Part shown: piece by piece, positions 40,609 to 52,956 of the stretch
How the letters are laid out: every line of letters begins with the position of its first letter
How positions within the stretch are numbered: position 1 is the stretch's first letter
Source of the DNA: Phoronis australis
Taxonomy: Eukaryota > Animalia > Phoronida
Length of the DNA: 64,000 nt
Reading direction: 5' to 3'
NCBI GenBank assembly: GCA_002633005.1
Contig: NMRA01000573.1
Span: forward strand, 1-64,000
The notes under the pieces: model-generated
The model's input: the letters and a program-made list of their open reading frames with translations, nothing else
Told to the model about the DNA's origin: nothing
The model's database searches: none
Translations under genes and position numbers: made by a program

Positions 40609-40840
40609 ACAACCACTTGCACTCCGACATTCAATTATTGTCACTAGACATGGGACCCAATCCCGTTACAATTCCTGGGAGAGTGAGCGTTTCTTTTGAT
40701 TTCAACGTGACGCGACCCCTGACGAATGGGATTGAGGCTTACATCGAATTCAAGCGCTACTTACCCAGAATTTTTGGTTGGCGACCATCTTGGAAGATCC
40801 CTTGCCTACCTGTCAGCAATGGGCATAGAGTTGGTTCTTG
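40609..40840 (+). CDS. GM2-activator-like ML domain, exon 2
   Basis: Acceptor ttttcag. Reads IQLLSLDMGPNPVTIPGRVSVSF...WKIPCL...VGSC, compared with GM2A [20 protein letters not shown]...WIKIPC...IGSC. Donor TG|gtaaat, phase 2. Confidence 0.92.
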
Positions 40841-40914
40841 GTAAATTTTGTGGAGGATTATTCCTATACTTTTCGTTCTCATGCAGGGTTCGATGTAGCC
40901 AATGCATGTTAAAG

Positions 40915-41075
40915 ATATATATACATATACATATACATAATTATACATATACATATACATAATTATACATATACATAATTATACATATACATAATTATAC
41001 ATATACATAATTATACATATGCATAATTATACATATACATAATTATACATATACATAATTATACATATACATAAC
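40915..41075. repeat. Intronic 16-bp minisatellite (atacataattatacat)n
   Basis: Directly visible in the sequence. Confidence 0.9.
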
Positions 41076-41875
41076 ATCATAGATATACATGCTGTTGTCT
41101 ATGATTTATTATGACACAATACGGCTTTCGTAAGTGCTTGCTTGTGTTGATTATATTTTCTTCTGACAGCGGACTTTTTGCATTTTATACTCTAGGTTCA
41201 CATGAGTGGCGAAAATGCTAGGGTAACCAGTTTTCACAAAACACTGTCGAAAAAGCATGTTAGCGAGTTGCAGGAGCTGTCGTCGATGTGATTTTCACCG
41301 GCAGTTAACTAGTTTGCGTTTCCTTACCACCCGAATCGATTTAATTTAAATTAAAATTAATGTCAAAAGACGCCCATTCTCTTGCCCATAATATTTCGAC
41401 GTATAGAGTAATGATCCGTGACAAGCAAGCTGATACAGGTCGAAGTAAAACAGACAGAAAAAAAGAAGATTGAATTCATTGACAATAATCATATTAAAAC
41501 CAAGTGAAATGAAATTGGCCTTTCACTTTTTCGCCCCAAAAATACGGATGAAATGCACTTCGAGAACACGGTAGCGGATGAGTTTCCGTTTTTTTGCTGT
41601 TTGATAAACTAAGGTCTCTGAATCTTTGACACGCTTGTGTCTTTATTTATACCAAAATTTATGTTTTTTCAACTAAAATTATCTTTTTGTGACCTCCTCT
41701 TTGACTGATATTTTTATAGTACATCTGAGAATAAATAAATAAGGAACTTAGCTCTTGAATTAGGGAAAAGCTCCCAATATATTTTCAATAATATTTTATG
41801 AATGGTTGATTGGAGATAGTTCTGGCCCTGTTTTGTGATACAAATCAATTTTCTGCCGAAATTTCTTTCTTTCAG

Positions 41876-42053
41876 CTACTATGATGACGTGTGCGGCATT
41901 GCTCAGTATTTCCTGGAATACAACGGCTGCAAGTTTGAGAAAAACGGTGCCGAAGTGCCATGTAGCTGCCCTTTAACCCACGGAATGTACAGAATCACTA
42001 ATATCATGGCTACAATCCCGCGATTATCAGGAATTTTAGCATCTTTGATGACC
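41876..42053 (+). CDS. GM2-activator-like ML domain, exon 3
   Basis: Acceptor ctttcag|C completes a Cys codon. Reads YYDDVCG...VPCSCPLTHGMYRI...LMT, compared with GM2A PCHCPFKEGTY. Donor acc|gtaagt, phase 0. Confidence 0.92.
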
Positions 42054-42768
42054 GTAAGTGCATCTGTAACCAATGTTATTTTTTTGTTACAAAAACAATT
42101 TACGGACTAAGCCTATGCTCTCAGTTTGCCGCAATACCAGGCCAAAATTATCGGAATATGTCCTCCTCGTGTTATAACTGGGACATGGGACGTAACTTTT
42201 CAGATTTTATAGCGCGTTCAGATTGACCAGGAATTTTCATAAGAAGGTTCCCTAGGGGCGTTTAATCTGCCTTCTTACGACTGGCCACTAACTACAATCG
42301 GGGGCGAAAACTATGCTAACTTCAAATCACGTCATTTTTAGATATCCGTCTGATTTCAGGGGTTGGACGACGCGGGGCAGAACAGACGTCTAGTGACGAG
42401 TGTTCACATGTAAACAAGTTTTCAAACAGCGGACCGTCTGCAGGCTGTACGAGAAGTCTGATCTGCTCAGACGTAGTTNATTGGGTTTACAAACTGTGAA
42501 CTAAGGGCAATAAGTTATCTACGTAAGTTATTGTGTACTCGAGCATAGAATAATAGACACTTATCTTGAGTTCGCCCAAAAGTAGAGTAGAAAATGCCAA
42601 ACCTAATTTCGAGTTCCATTTCGAGTAAAAAGATTGGAGACCGGGCCCAGACGTCTAGTGACGAGTGTTCACATGTAAACAAGTTTTCAAACAGCGGACC
42701 GTCTGCAGGCTGTACGAGAAGTCTGATCTGCTCAGACGTAGTTGTCATCAGACTGTGTGAGTGTGCAC

Positions 42769-42797
42769 CATAGACATCTTATACTGTGATGTCTATG
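42769..42797. mobile_element. 29-bp P-like micro-element with an 8-bp TSD
   Basis: GTGTGCAC-[CATAGACATC ttatactgt GATGTCTATG]-GTGTGCAC. Confidence 0.75.
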
Positions 42798-42855
42798 GTG
42801 TGCACGCTACGTAAACGTGGGCTTACTAGTGTTGTGTCACTGATAGAACTTTCCC

Positions 42856-43146
42856 TTGGCCAAATGGGTGAACGTTATGCACGTAAATTACGTGCGTAAG
42901 TTATTTCTTGTTAGGGGCGTAAAGTAATTATTTAGAGTGGTAAAGAGGTGTAAAGTAATGATTTGCGGTGTCAAGTATTTACCTTTGGCCAGTGGGTGAA
43001 CGTTACGCACGTAATTTACATGCGTTAGTTAATTTTTGTTTGAGGCGTAAACCAATTATTGGCGGGGTAAACAATTACTTTACGCCTCCAACAAGAATTA
43101 ACTTACGCACATAATTTACGTGCCGTAACGTTCACCCGTTTGGCCA
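42856..43146. repeat. MITE-like block: two direct copies and one inverted copy of a ~70-bp motif
   Basis: ttggcca..tgggtgaacgtta.gcacgtaa.ttac.tgcg at 42856 and 42985, with the reverse complement ending at ~43146. Confidence 0.7.
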
Positions 43147-43656
43147 ACGATAAGAACTTCATTGACTCGGCATTGGATATTATCAATCCGTCATCAGAAC
43201 TCCGGAATGTAACCTATCTTTAGGGATGGGCTCAGTCATTCTGACGAAGAATCCACCCCCTGTTTGTGCAGACCGTAGTGCAGGCAATCTGCTGTATCCC
43301 TCAAAATGGCCGTGATACCATCGATGGATAGGCCTACCGCTTACCTGGAGCTGCCTCTTTTGTCATCGATTTGAATAAGCTTGCCTCTCAATACAATATA
43401 GAGTTAAAAGGTGAAAAAGACATATTGATTCGTTAAAGGCAGTTCTTAATGTCATCAGTTTTATGTTCATAGGACTGAATTAAATGCCATGTAATCCGCA
43501 AAACGAAACGCGATTTTCCCAGGAATTTCAAAAACCCGAATTGATGTGTTGGCAACTCGGGACCGTGACGCGAAATTTAATAGTCTCTGACTCCCTGAAA
43601 TAGCTTAACTTTTAGGTTTAAACACTATGACTGAGCCAACACGAATTTATTTGCAG

Positions 43657-43765
43657 GGAGACTACGCCATTAAGGTTAAACTATTCGACAGAGCTGATCC
43701 TGAGACAGCGCTCTCTTGCGTCAGGATAGGATTCACCATGAGACAATCAGAGGATGGATCGACAG
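43657..43765 (+). CDS. GM2-activator-like ML domain, exon 4
   Basis: Acceptor tttgcag. Reads GDYAIKVKLF...ALSCVRIGFTM, compared with GM2A GNYRIESVL...LGCIKIAASL. Donor ACAG|gtagga, phase 1. If unspliced, the frame runs to a stop at 43860. Confidence 0.88.
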
Positions 43766-44360
43766 GTAGGAAGACAATGAATTCAACTTCTGTGCGCAGG
43801 TGTCGAGCAGCATGTATATCTCAGCCATCGATTACTTTTCTAAGCGTTCCAACCATTTAATCAGATGTTACAAGCCAAACATCCTTTGCAGACAAAAATT
43901 GGCACCTAGCCTAGACCACAATTTATGTATACGACTGGTACATGAAAACAAGTTTCAGTCATAATTTTGAAAATCATTTGGACATTTATTGAGTCATATA
44001 TAGGTGTATTTCTTCGGAATTTTCCACTTAATTGTTCAATTTGTATTTGTCAATTAAATGTCTGTGGTATGTTCTCAACACTACACGTATTTAATCATTA
44101 TATTGTAATAACTCCAAAAACCAAAAATTTCAGCGGTGGCTGGTATGTTTCGAAATGAAACTTGACTTCTGAATTGCGCTTTTTCAAATCTCAATTTCAA
44201 CAAAATTTGAAAATTTCAAATTCTGTGAAGCATTTACTTAGAGTACTACCTTAGTTCGCTGACGTGTCTTCTGGGCACTCACTGTGTCTACTGCTGCTCT
44301 GTCTAAGTTGACCAAAACCGCAATAGTGCATTCATATCTACATACATGTACCTTTGGCAG

Positions 44361-44599
44361 GCGTAACGTGTGACAACAACAGCGAGGGTCCAGGCCGACT
44401 GGTGCATAAGGATGCCAACGAGTTGGGTCCCAACCCCTTTGTGGCGGGCGACGTAGCTGAGCTGATCTGTCCCATGGAGTATACTCCATCCGCTACGGCC
44501 GTCGTTACTTGTGGAAAGAATGGGAGATGGTCCGCTAACCCAAGGTGTGAACAAGATGATACTAACGTTGACCCTGCTCGTACGTGGGACGAGAATTAA
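44361..44599 (+). CDS. Sushi/CCP domain exon, probable exon 5 of the ML-domain gene
   Basis: Phase-1 acceptor tttggcag. Reads VTC...F.AGDVAELICPMEY.......VTCGKNGRWSANPRC, the 4-Cys plus Trp CCP pattern. Stop TAA at 44597-44599 and AATAAA at ~44930. Confidence 0.78.
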
Positions 44600-45172
44600 A
44601 CATATCTTAGGCGCCAAATTTCTTCTTGTCACGTTCAAAGGATGAGTGACGCCATGAGAACTGGTGAAGCTGCAGTGTTGTGGTCAACTGTGTAATGAAA
44701 ATTGGCAGGCTTATGATATGACCCAATGGGCTTCAACTAAAATAGAAAAACATAATGAAATGCTAAGAAACAGGCATACCAGATAGCCGTTGTTGTTTTA
44801 AAAATGATTATTAATGTTACCTTTTTCAAACATCCAAAATTCGTTCACTTTCTCTTAGGTACCTGGATGTCGTAGTTTTGGAAGCATTTCAATGTGTTTA
44901 GCATTAATTATGCTATTTTGCCCGAGCAAAATAAATGAATGGTTTGAATGCCTGTGTAGGAATGTCGCCACGTAACAAGCGAGCGACCACGTGCACTCTA
45001 AGGTTTCATAAGATTAGGCACTGCCGCCTCAGGCTCTGCTTTGTTATTGTCAGTTGTTTTTACATTGTGCTTTTTATGTGATTTGTTATTTTTATGATAA
45101 CTATGTGCCACAGGCCGTCAAGTTCAATAAAATTTTCATTATGGGTTTCAGCTTAGTACTGTTGCGCCAGAT

Positions 45173-45323
45173 AATGGGCGTCGCACCAGGGTGTGGGGGG
45201 CCTATAGACCCCCACTTTTTTCAGTGCTACGTCGCACATGGTCTTTAGGCGGTGCAACACGTGGGGGGGGGGCTGAGGGGGCTTTGACCCCCACTTTTTT
45301 CAGTGCTCATTGCGCCGCCCATG
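45173..45323. mobile_element. hAT-like MITE with an imperfect 8-bp TSD
   Basis: Ends aatgggcgtcgca / tgcgccgcccatg. Flanks cgccagat / ctccagat. Internal direct repeat gacccccactttttt. Confidence 0.65.
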
Positions 45324-46561
45324 CTCCAGATTGCTGTCACACGGTGTAGAAGTGCGCGTGATGCACAGCAGAATGTGAGTCATAAGGCGCCAGTCACAAG
45401 GAAGTGGCTAGTACTTTGTGCGATGACTCGTTGCACGGGCTCAGTAAACAACGGAAGTAAAAACGACGATGTAGTTTCAAAGCAGTAAAATAAAAAATTC
45501 CGTTTTGTCTTTACCTCTGATTTTATTACAAATCGTTCGCCGAAATCTGCCACTGAGACACTAATTATCGAGGCCGACCGGCCACTCCGTTTCAATCTTT
45601 AGAAGGTGATCTAGTTTAGTTTGCAAACGTCCGTTTCCCGAAGTGATTTTTTGTCGTCAAAAAGCCTACAGAAAGAGTGGCGGATTCCTTTCGCAATCTT
45701 GTGTATAGTTACAACTTAAAGTAATGCAAATGAATTAAACCAATTGACTGCATTCTTGATTGCATTGAAAAATTCTACTCAGCGATGGTGCATGGCATGG
45801 AAAGCGACGGATTTTTCTTCCCTGGCAACCCAATGGTCAATTCGAGTAGGCCTATAGCTAGACTTTGTAAGTCGCCATGTACCAACCTGTGAATGCCAAG
45901 TCAGTTTGCTACCTGTCAAATCAGTACTGTCTTTTGAGGCTTGTGTGTCTTGTATGTTTATATACTTTCTGTACATAGCCCTTCTACCTCTTTTTACATA
46001 TTAATTTCTTATTTTATATAGGTCACTAGCACTACGCTACTATTTTGCTGTTCGCCCCGTTCCGGCCATACCGATGTAAAATAAATCCGTTACTAGTTCA
46101 CCAAGCTGTACTTAAAGATCCCGTATGCGTGAACTTTCAGTTGTACACAAGGAAACTTGACAAGTTAGTCACGTTCACGTTGATAAAAATTTGCAATACA
46201 CTAAATCAAATTACACTGCATGCCAATAGAATAAAATAAATTTTAACCGATCTTTTTTCCAACTATTGACGTCTATCTTATTCACCCTGAAATAATTGAT
46301 TTAATTATTCACAGGCCTTCGATTCTTTGAAACAAGTTACGCTAAAGGAGAAAATGAATGATCATGAGGCCAATAATTATATTCTTTATACTGAACTAAA
46401 AATATCACCTGATAGCCCAAGCACCGGATTCGAAGTCAACAGGCACAAAACTTGGAATTGAGGCTTGCGATAACTACTGCTAGGTGTCGCTGTGAAGAAA
46501 CGGAAGCCTCGTTTGGTTTCTATCGTGTTGAGGTTCATAGGCATTTTTGCCACTAAAAGTG

Positions 46562-46582
46562 ATGTCAAGCCTCATGAAACAG
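46562..46582 (+). CDS. MRPL30: Mitochondrial ribosomal protein L30, putative exon 1 (MSSLMKQ)
   Basis: ATG...CAG|gtacaa, phase 0. A CGGAAG (ETS-like) motif lies upstream at 46501. Inferred from phase fit only. Confidence 0.5.
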
Positions 46583-49500
46583 GTACAAATGTAAAGTTCA
46601 ACAACATTTCCACATTATGGCACCGTTATCGCTGTAAAAAGCTGTAGAACAAAGTCAAGTCGAGAATCAATAATTCTGAACTAGGCAGTAAAAAACTGCC
46701 AGTGGCAGTGGTAGCCAGTCAGCTTACTACAGTCTACAGTCAGACACAGTACTCAGTAGTACAGTACTGTATGACATCGTCAAAATACAGCTAGGTACTA
46801 CAGTGTGTTCAGCGCCGACAGACCTCGAAATTGCAAACAACCCTGGTAGTTCTGTTTGTCACCTCGCCGTGAAACTTGTATCAACTCATAGAGCTAAAGA
46901 CCGGATGAGGGTGCATCCTAAATCTGGGGGTCAAATGACACGCTTCTTGCCCTTCAGCGTTTCACAGCCGTTTAAGTGAAAACCAATCTAATATACATCA
47001 TTTTTTGTGTCATTCTCCGCCTTTTGTACCAAACAAAGTCTGTCGTCGTTTTGAAAACAGTATGCTGATCGGATCGTGAAACTAGCTGTCGTGCACGCGT
47101 CCGTTCCAATAAACTTTGCGATATCTCTTGCTTGTCTTGGGCAGGACTCGACATAACGAGCTGCAGTTCGCAGTTGCGTCCTGAAAGTTGGAAATGCGAG
47201 CTGAGATTTTTGCCAGCTCGCATCAAGTCACAAAATGAGACCTGGAATTTCCAACATATATGAGCTGTCTTAGTTTTTATACCTCCTGGCAGATACCTCG
47301 CATTATTAGCAAAGCAACTTTTGTGAATCCGACTGCTTTTTGGTTGTGGCTAAATCAAGTTTAAAGGAACACTAACGGAGAACAGCCCTCCCAATGACTT
47401 GTAAGGATGTTACGTGAACATGGGATAATGCAGAATCGATCTTTGACGCGTTTCATTGTCTAACACTTTTGGCTACTTTTGCAAATTTCCGGGATATGCT
47501 GAAGAAAGTTTCAGACCACGGCATAACGTGTTAAAATGTCACAAAACAGTGGTGCTTCTATTAATTCTTAAACGATCAACTTACCAAACTTTGTGGTCGA
47601 AAAAAAACATTTATTTTTCACATACATGTACGATGTCCTTATTATCAAATATCCACGACAATATCACAGTTGCACCGCAGCATTGTTCGATCTCGTTGTT
47701 ATCGCATGCAAACATGATAATGGCAACCCTATGAACCGCCGAATGACGGTAATGTCTTTACTTTCAGCAAAGTACTTTTGAATCATTGGAAAATTCTCAA
47801 GCCCTTTACTTGTTTCTGGGGCTACGTGCACGACATATGAGTTGCCTGTCACATGTTGTTGCTAATGTGTAGGCCAAAGAGAACAGCGGCAGTCTTAAAT
47901 GAAAGAGTATACCAGCTTAGCTCTGTTAAGCTCGTGGGTGCTAATGGTTGATGAATTTAATTGAATCCCGGCAGTTATTAAAAACCCAATGCTTTACGAT
48001 ATTCCCCGGGACCTATGTAGCTAGCTATTGCAACTAACCAGGTAGATGCAAAATTTTGGTTAGCAAACTTTTTGTTCTTTTCTTCATATACATCCCCCCG
48101 CCAATTTTTTGCTTCCCGGACATCACCATAAAATTTTCAGATTCCAATAGAAAAACTGACGCGAGCAATTAAAAATTATTCCAGCTAGCGGTGAACAAAA
48201 TGAGGGATATGCACTCGAAGTTACTTTGGATTTTTAACGACTTTAGTGACAGTCATATAGCAGGTCAAACCTAACAACATGGCAGATACTTTTTCACACG
48301 ACATGCTTACTAGTCATCGAGAGGGCTTTTTTGGCTAATGTTGTTTTGAACTTGATTTGGCAACAACCAAATAACCGTTGAGTTCACACGTGTTGCTTTA
48401 TATTTGCCAGGTATCTGCCAAGAAGTGAAAAAACTAACCTTGCATACAATGGAAATTCCTGGTCACATTGTTGTGACTTCATATGGGCTGGCAAAAATCT
48501 TATCTCCCATTTTCAAATTTCTGGTGGCAATTTTCATTATGTCGAGCCCTGAAAAACTATTAAAGTCAAACTTAAGTTCTCTTTCTCATTGAAACAGACT
48601 TGAGACAAATTTAAGATTTATATTTAAATTGACTGAGAGGTAAAAGTGTAAAATGTAGGTCCCTATAGCCTCAATGCCTCACCTTTCTCAGTAAAATAAT
48701 ATAGCTATTGTCTTGGGTACCAATGCTTTCTAGGCAAATGTTTTACTTCCCTCACGTTGTTATTCACGTGACAAAACAGTCAGTGTTGCACAAATACGCA
48801 CGCATTTTCTGCACTCAATAATCCCGTGGACTTGGGCCATATTTGAAAGTAAGAGAACTTACGTCATGTATATGTCCAGCAAGTGACTACTACAAGATTG
48901 TACATTTTGATTTATACTAAATCTGCTGTGTAGGCTATAGTATTTCCTGAAAACTCCGATTAAATTGTCTCCACTGACCACATGCTACAAAGGCTTTCTA
49001 TAACTCAAATTTAAATGCGGGATCGTATGGATAACATTAATCCGCCTGGACCACACTCTTGAACATGGTTGTCGTGGATAAAAATTGTGCATCCAGATCA
49101 CGTTGGTGATGGAAGCTGTGGTCATCTGAACAAAAATTTCCGACTAACCACACACTACAGACGTGCTAAGCAGACCAAATTATGGAGCACGTGCGGTCCC
49201 ATGGAGATTTGTCTTAGCTATGTCAGTTTTCTTGGAACGGGCCTCTGGTCCAGAAAAATCGGCACTGACTGGTCATGTTTGCGGCGATCTGCTCTTATTT
49301 AGAAACCCATGCAATCATAGAATAACGAATGAAATTTGGTTATTGTAATCAGGGCATGTCCTGTGTCGAAAAATTCACATGTTCACTGCCGGAAGTTGAA
49401 TATAGGCCCACTGGGTTGTGATTTTAGTGTCGAACCAGTCAGTCATGACAATGGCATCGTGCCAACAGGCAAATGCCTGTTCCCATTGGTGCATCAGCAC

Positions 49501-49821
49501 ACTCTGAGGTCACATGTCACAGCACTAATCTATTGATTTTTAGGATCAATCACCCTCACTTCAGGTTGGCTATGTGATCTTTTATCTCATCTCCAGTAGC
49601 AGGAGCAGGGCCCCTGAGCTGAGCTTATGTAGAACCATATTCACAAGTCTGTATTTACTAAAAGTAGTCAATTGTCTACATTACTACAGAATTCAAATTA
49701 GTAAAGTACATATTTTCTGATAGTAGAAAGCATCGTTTTTCACGGCAACTGCTTGGGTACTATGTTTTGTTTAGGCAGTCATATCTTGTCTCTAAAGTGT
49801 GTCTCTCTCCTTTCACTCCAG

Positions 49822-49936
49822 TGTCTACAGGCCGTTACTAGACCAGGTTCAATATGCCAGGACATTGCTAGGCAGTCCTCAAACTATGTCCGCAGGTCTC
49901 AGCTTAAGTATGGTCCAGCCGCACAAGTTGTTAAAG
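49822..49936 (+). CDS. MRPL30: Mitochondrial ribosomal protein L30, putative exon 2 (presequence-like)
   Basis: Strong acceptor ctctcctttcactccag. Reads CLQAVTRPGSICQDIARQSSNYVRRSQLKYGPAAQVVK, which is Arg/Ser rich. Donor G|gtacac, phase 1, matches the next exon. Confidence 0.62.
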
Positions 49937-50031
49937 GTACACTCAAAACCAGGTGTAATACATGAAGTTATAAAATGCTGCTTGTTGTAGAGCATGAGTA
50001 AAGCTGCTGGCCGTAGTAAAGGCTTACTTAA

Positions 50032-51713
50032 CGGAGAATGCCACCTGATTTTATTAGTCTTTTTACCGTCTTAATCGGTCTTCATCCACATCCCCTCTTA
50101 TACGGTCGACCTCACCTTGCCGAGAGGTATCGCGTTAACCTGTGAGGAAGGTGAGAAACAACGCAGCGACGTCAGTGGTTCGTTTGCAGAGTTAGGCCGC
50201 TATATTGCGGTGCATGGTCCCGCTTGTCCGAACTATGAAACTGCGAAGAAGGCGGGTATATCGTTTTTTCAACTTCCTCGAGAGCCCGAAAGGCTTAGGA
50301 AGTGGCTCGCGGTAGTGAAGAATGAAAGGTACGCTGTTAATGACGCCGTGAAACATCTCCTTGTCTGTGGCCGGCATTTCGTCGACAGTGATTCTCTGAT
50401 GAATTCCGGCTTACCAAAGAACTATCCATACATTCCGTTGTCTGTGCATGTTCACGGCGCCTCTCTAGTATTTCTTGATCAGTGTATTCCGGTTCGAAAT
50501 GATAGCCTGTGAAACCTAACGATCCGACCCGTGAAGTCTTCATTGGATGAGCTCTTGACTAAGTCGGGCTTGGCGCCGGGCGAGTTGCCATGTATTCTGC
50601 ATTCAGTTTCAAAATGAATTATTCTCATCCTAACCAATGCTTATATAAAACTGAATCCGTCTCATTACATTCAGTTTGTAATCACTTTGCAGTATTCTTG
50701 AGTGCAAATGTTGAGAAGCCAGCAATGAATAAACCACTGCGTTACTGGCTTTTGATGCCGGCAATAAAAGTAATTGACCGGGCCAGGCCGTGTGAGCGCA
50801 TGCTAATTCAATGTTTGCTGACAGAAAGCTGTTGTGAAACAATTACTCGATTTTATATGCTATGGCCACATTTTAGGGGAATCTTTATTTATAAATACAA
50901 ATACATTATTCAAATCATTGTTAATGTACAACCTTTGCCCTGACGGTCTGTGGAAGGGGAACCCGACTTCGCGGCCCCCGGGCCCGACAAGTAAGTGGAT
51001 TTTCAGTTTCGTGGCTAATACACGTAAATAATTACGTGCACATTATTTCTTTGGCTCACGTATAGTCTTTTGGTGACTGGAGGTTTAGTTTCCAACTCAA
51101 GCTGGTTGTGTTCAGTGCCAGTCCCGGCGGCAGCGACGGGCCAGCCTGATCGGGTTCGGAGCCACTGGCCAGGATAACGAGTCAGTCCGGCTGCGCCGGG
51201 CCTGATCGGGCTCCGAGCCACTGGTCAAGCGTTTTGTGTGTGTTTAGAACTCAAAAAATCACAAGTCTAAACAACACAGATCTAGGTTCTCCTGTCTGTA
51301 TCTCACGGAAGAATACTTCGAATTTATCTCCGAACAGACCCCAAACTCCTGCTACGGACCTTGGTAAATTGGCCTGTCGAACTTTGCAGGTTACGGTGTG
51401 TCCAAATACCAATGAATCCATAACAGCGAAATAAAACAACACATTTTTATAAGAACTCAGTGTATTTTTAAGGGTTTTACATCGAAGTTTGGTGATTTAT
51501 TGGTGCTAAACGATGAATTAAAGCGATAAGCTGACACCAGTAACCCGTGTTGTGAACTGCTGAACAGACTGCGTGTGAAACCAATTACGTCAGTGGATAA
51601 TTTCAACACCACGTCTGCTGTCAGGTGTCAGGTAACGCAACGTGCCGTTATCGAGTAGAACTACTCGATCTAAATTGAAACAAAATAAGTTGTTTTTTGG
51701 GTGGCATTCTCCT
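50032..51713. mobile_element. Kolobok-type non-autonomous DNA transposon in MRPL30 intron 2
   Basis: TTAA TSD at 50028-50031 and 51714-51717. TIRs cGGAGAATGCCACC / GGTGGCATTCTCCT. Carries a THAP remnant on + and a YHFEPEYT motif on -. Confidence 0.8.
50195..50400 (+). pseudogene. THAP domain remnant of the Kolobok transposase
   Basis: GPACPN...GISFFQLPREPERLRKWLAVVK...LLVCGRHFVDSD matches the THAP FxxP...W...CxxHF pattern. Confidence 0.78.
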
Positions 51714-52163
51714 TTAAATCAACTATTTGACTCAATAAACAGTAGAAATAATGTGTGAACTAGTTGCTCACCTGCTGATGCATTGTGTCATTGTTACGTT
51801 ATAAATATCATTTATGTGAATTGGTATGTTCAAAAAATTATGAATCACAACTTCTGGAACTTAGTTTTCTCGATGTTGCAAGTCCCCGTTTACCTATACT
51901 CAAGATAGATGACTGATGGGGTTGCTGTAAAAATTGCATTGCTCTTTGCCAGTGTTCATAGACAACAAATGTATAAACCTGGACAATGACTGAATCACAC
52001 ACCATAAATCTGAAGCTTCAGCAAGTCTTCAATAATCTAAGTTTGTGATTGTAGCTGAGCTTAGCTTGAGAGTTTGAGAGAGAAAATTTGGAAATATCTG
52101 GGTGAGCATTCTTAATTGTTTGTGGTGAACTTTAAATGAAATGTAGTCATTTTCCATTTATAG

Positions 52164-52330
52164 CAAGACAGCCCTGGTCAGAGTTATTAGTTAAAGAAGC
52201 AGAGCGACAGAAGTCGTTACCCACACATAAGGAACCTCACCTGTTAAATGCCATCTGTAGGATACGGCCTTTACATGGAAGACCTCGTACAGAGAAGGAA
52301 ATTATTAAGAAGCTCGGTGTTGAGGAACAA
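52164..52330 (+). CDS. MRPL30: Mitochondrial ribosomal protein L30, exon 3
   Basis: PHLLNAICRIRPLHGRPRTEKEIIKKLG, compared with human [28 protein letters not shown]. Acceptor tttatag, donor CAA|gtgagc. Confidence 0.9.
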
Positions 52331-52956
52331 GTGAGCACTCAATATTGTACATTACAGTGGGAGAAGTTGTATTGGCAATGCAAAGTGCAAAATAATAATG
52401 CTGTGGAAAGTTTGAAATGCTGCATTATTTTGAAAATTTGATGCATTATTTAATCATTTCTGCTCTAGGTTATACAGTAAATTCCATTTTCCATTTTCTC
52501 AATAGTCTATAAGTATCTGGATTGTGGTTCAGTTGACCAACTCTACTTGTTAATGGATGTGACTGGTTTTTTTACTGTAACACTATGGTTAGGTTCCAAA
52601 TCCTCTCTACTATTTCTTCTTCATTTGTTCTGATAACACCATTCCCCCATTGAAAGTGGTTCAATTTTTGCTGAGGAAAAGAGTAATGAGAGTATTACAT
52701 GGTGTTTAGATTTTGACAACTCTATCGAAATATGTACTTCCAGTAAGGTAATTAAAGCATATTAACATATTTGGCCTATATTTGTGTAATGTACGCTTAT
52801 GTGATAGGATTTTTTCTTCTGTCATGTTTCATGTTGAGCTAATCGGTTGATATGACCATTTTTCCATCTGGCATGATGATTTTAAATACAGCAGTGAGGA
52901 AATCAATTTCAGTTGGTTTAAATAAGCGTAATGTTATGTAACATGTTTGTTTCCAG

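Noticed and set aside
52065-52101. Alternative 37-nt MRPL30 exon (LESLREKIWKYL) with a GTGAG donor
   Set aside because: The acceptor is weak. The exon at 49822-49936 has a better acceptor, the right phase and presequence-like composition.
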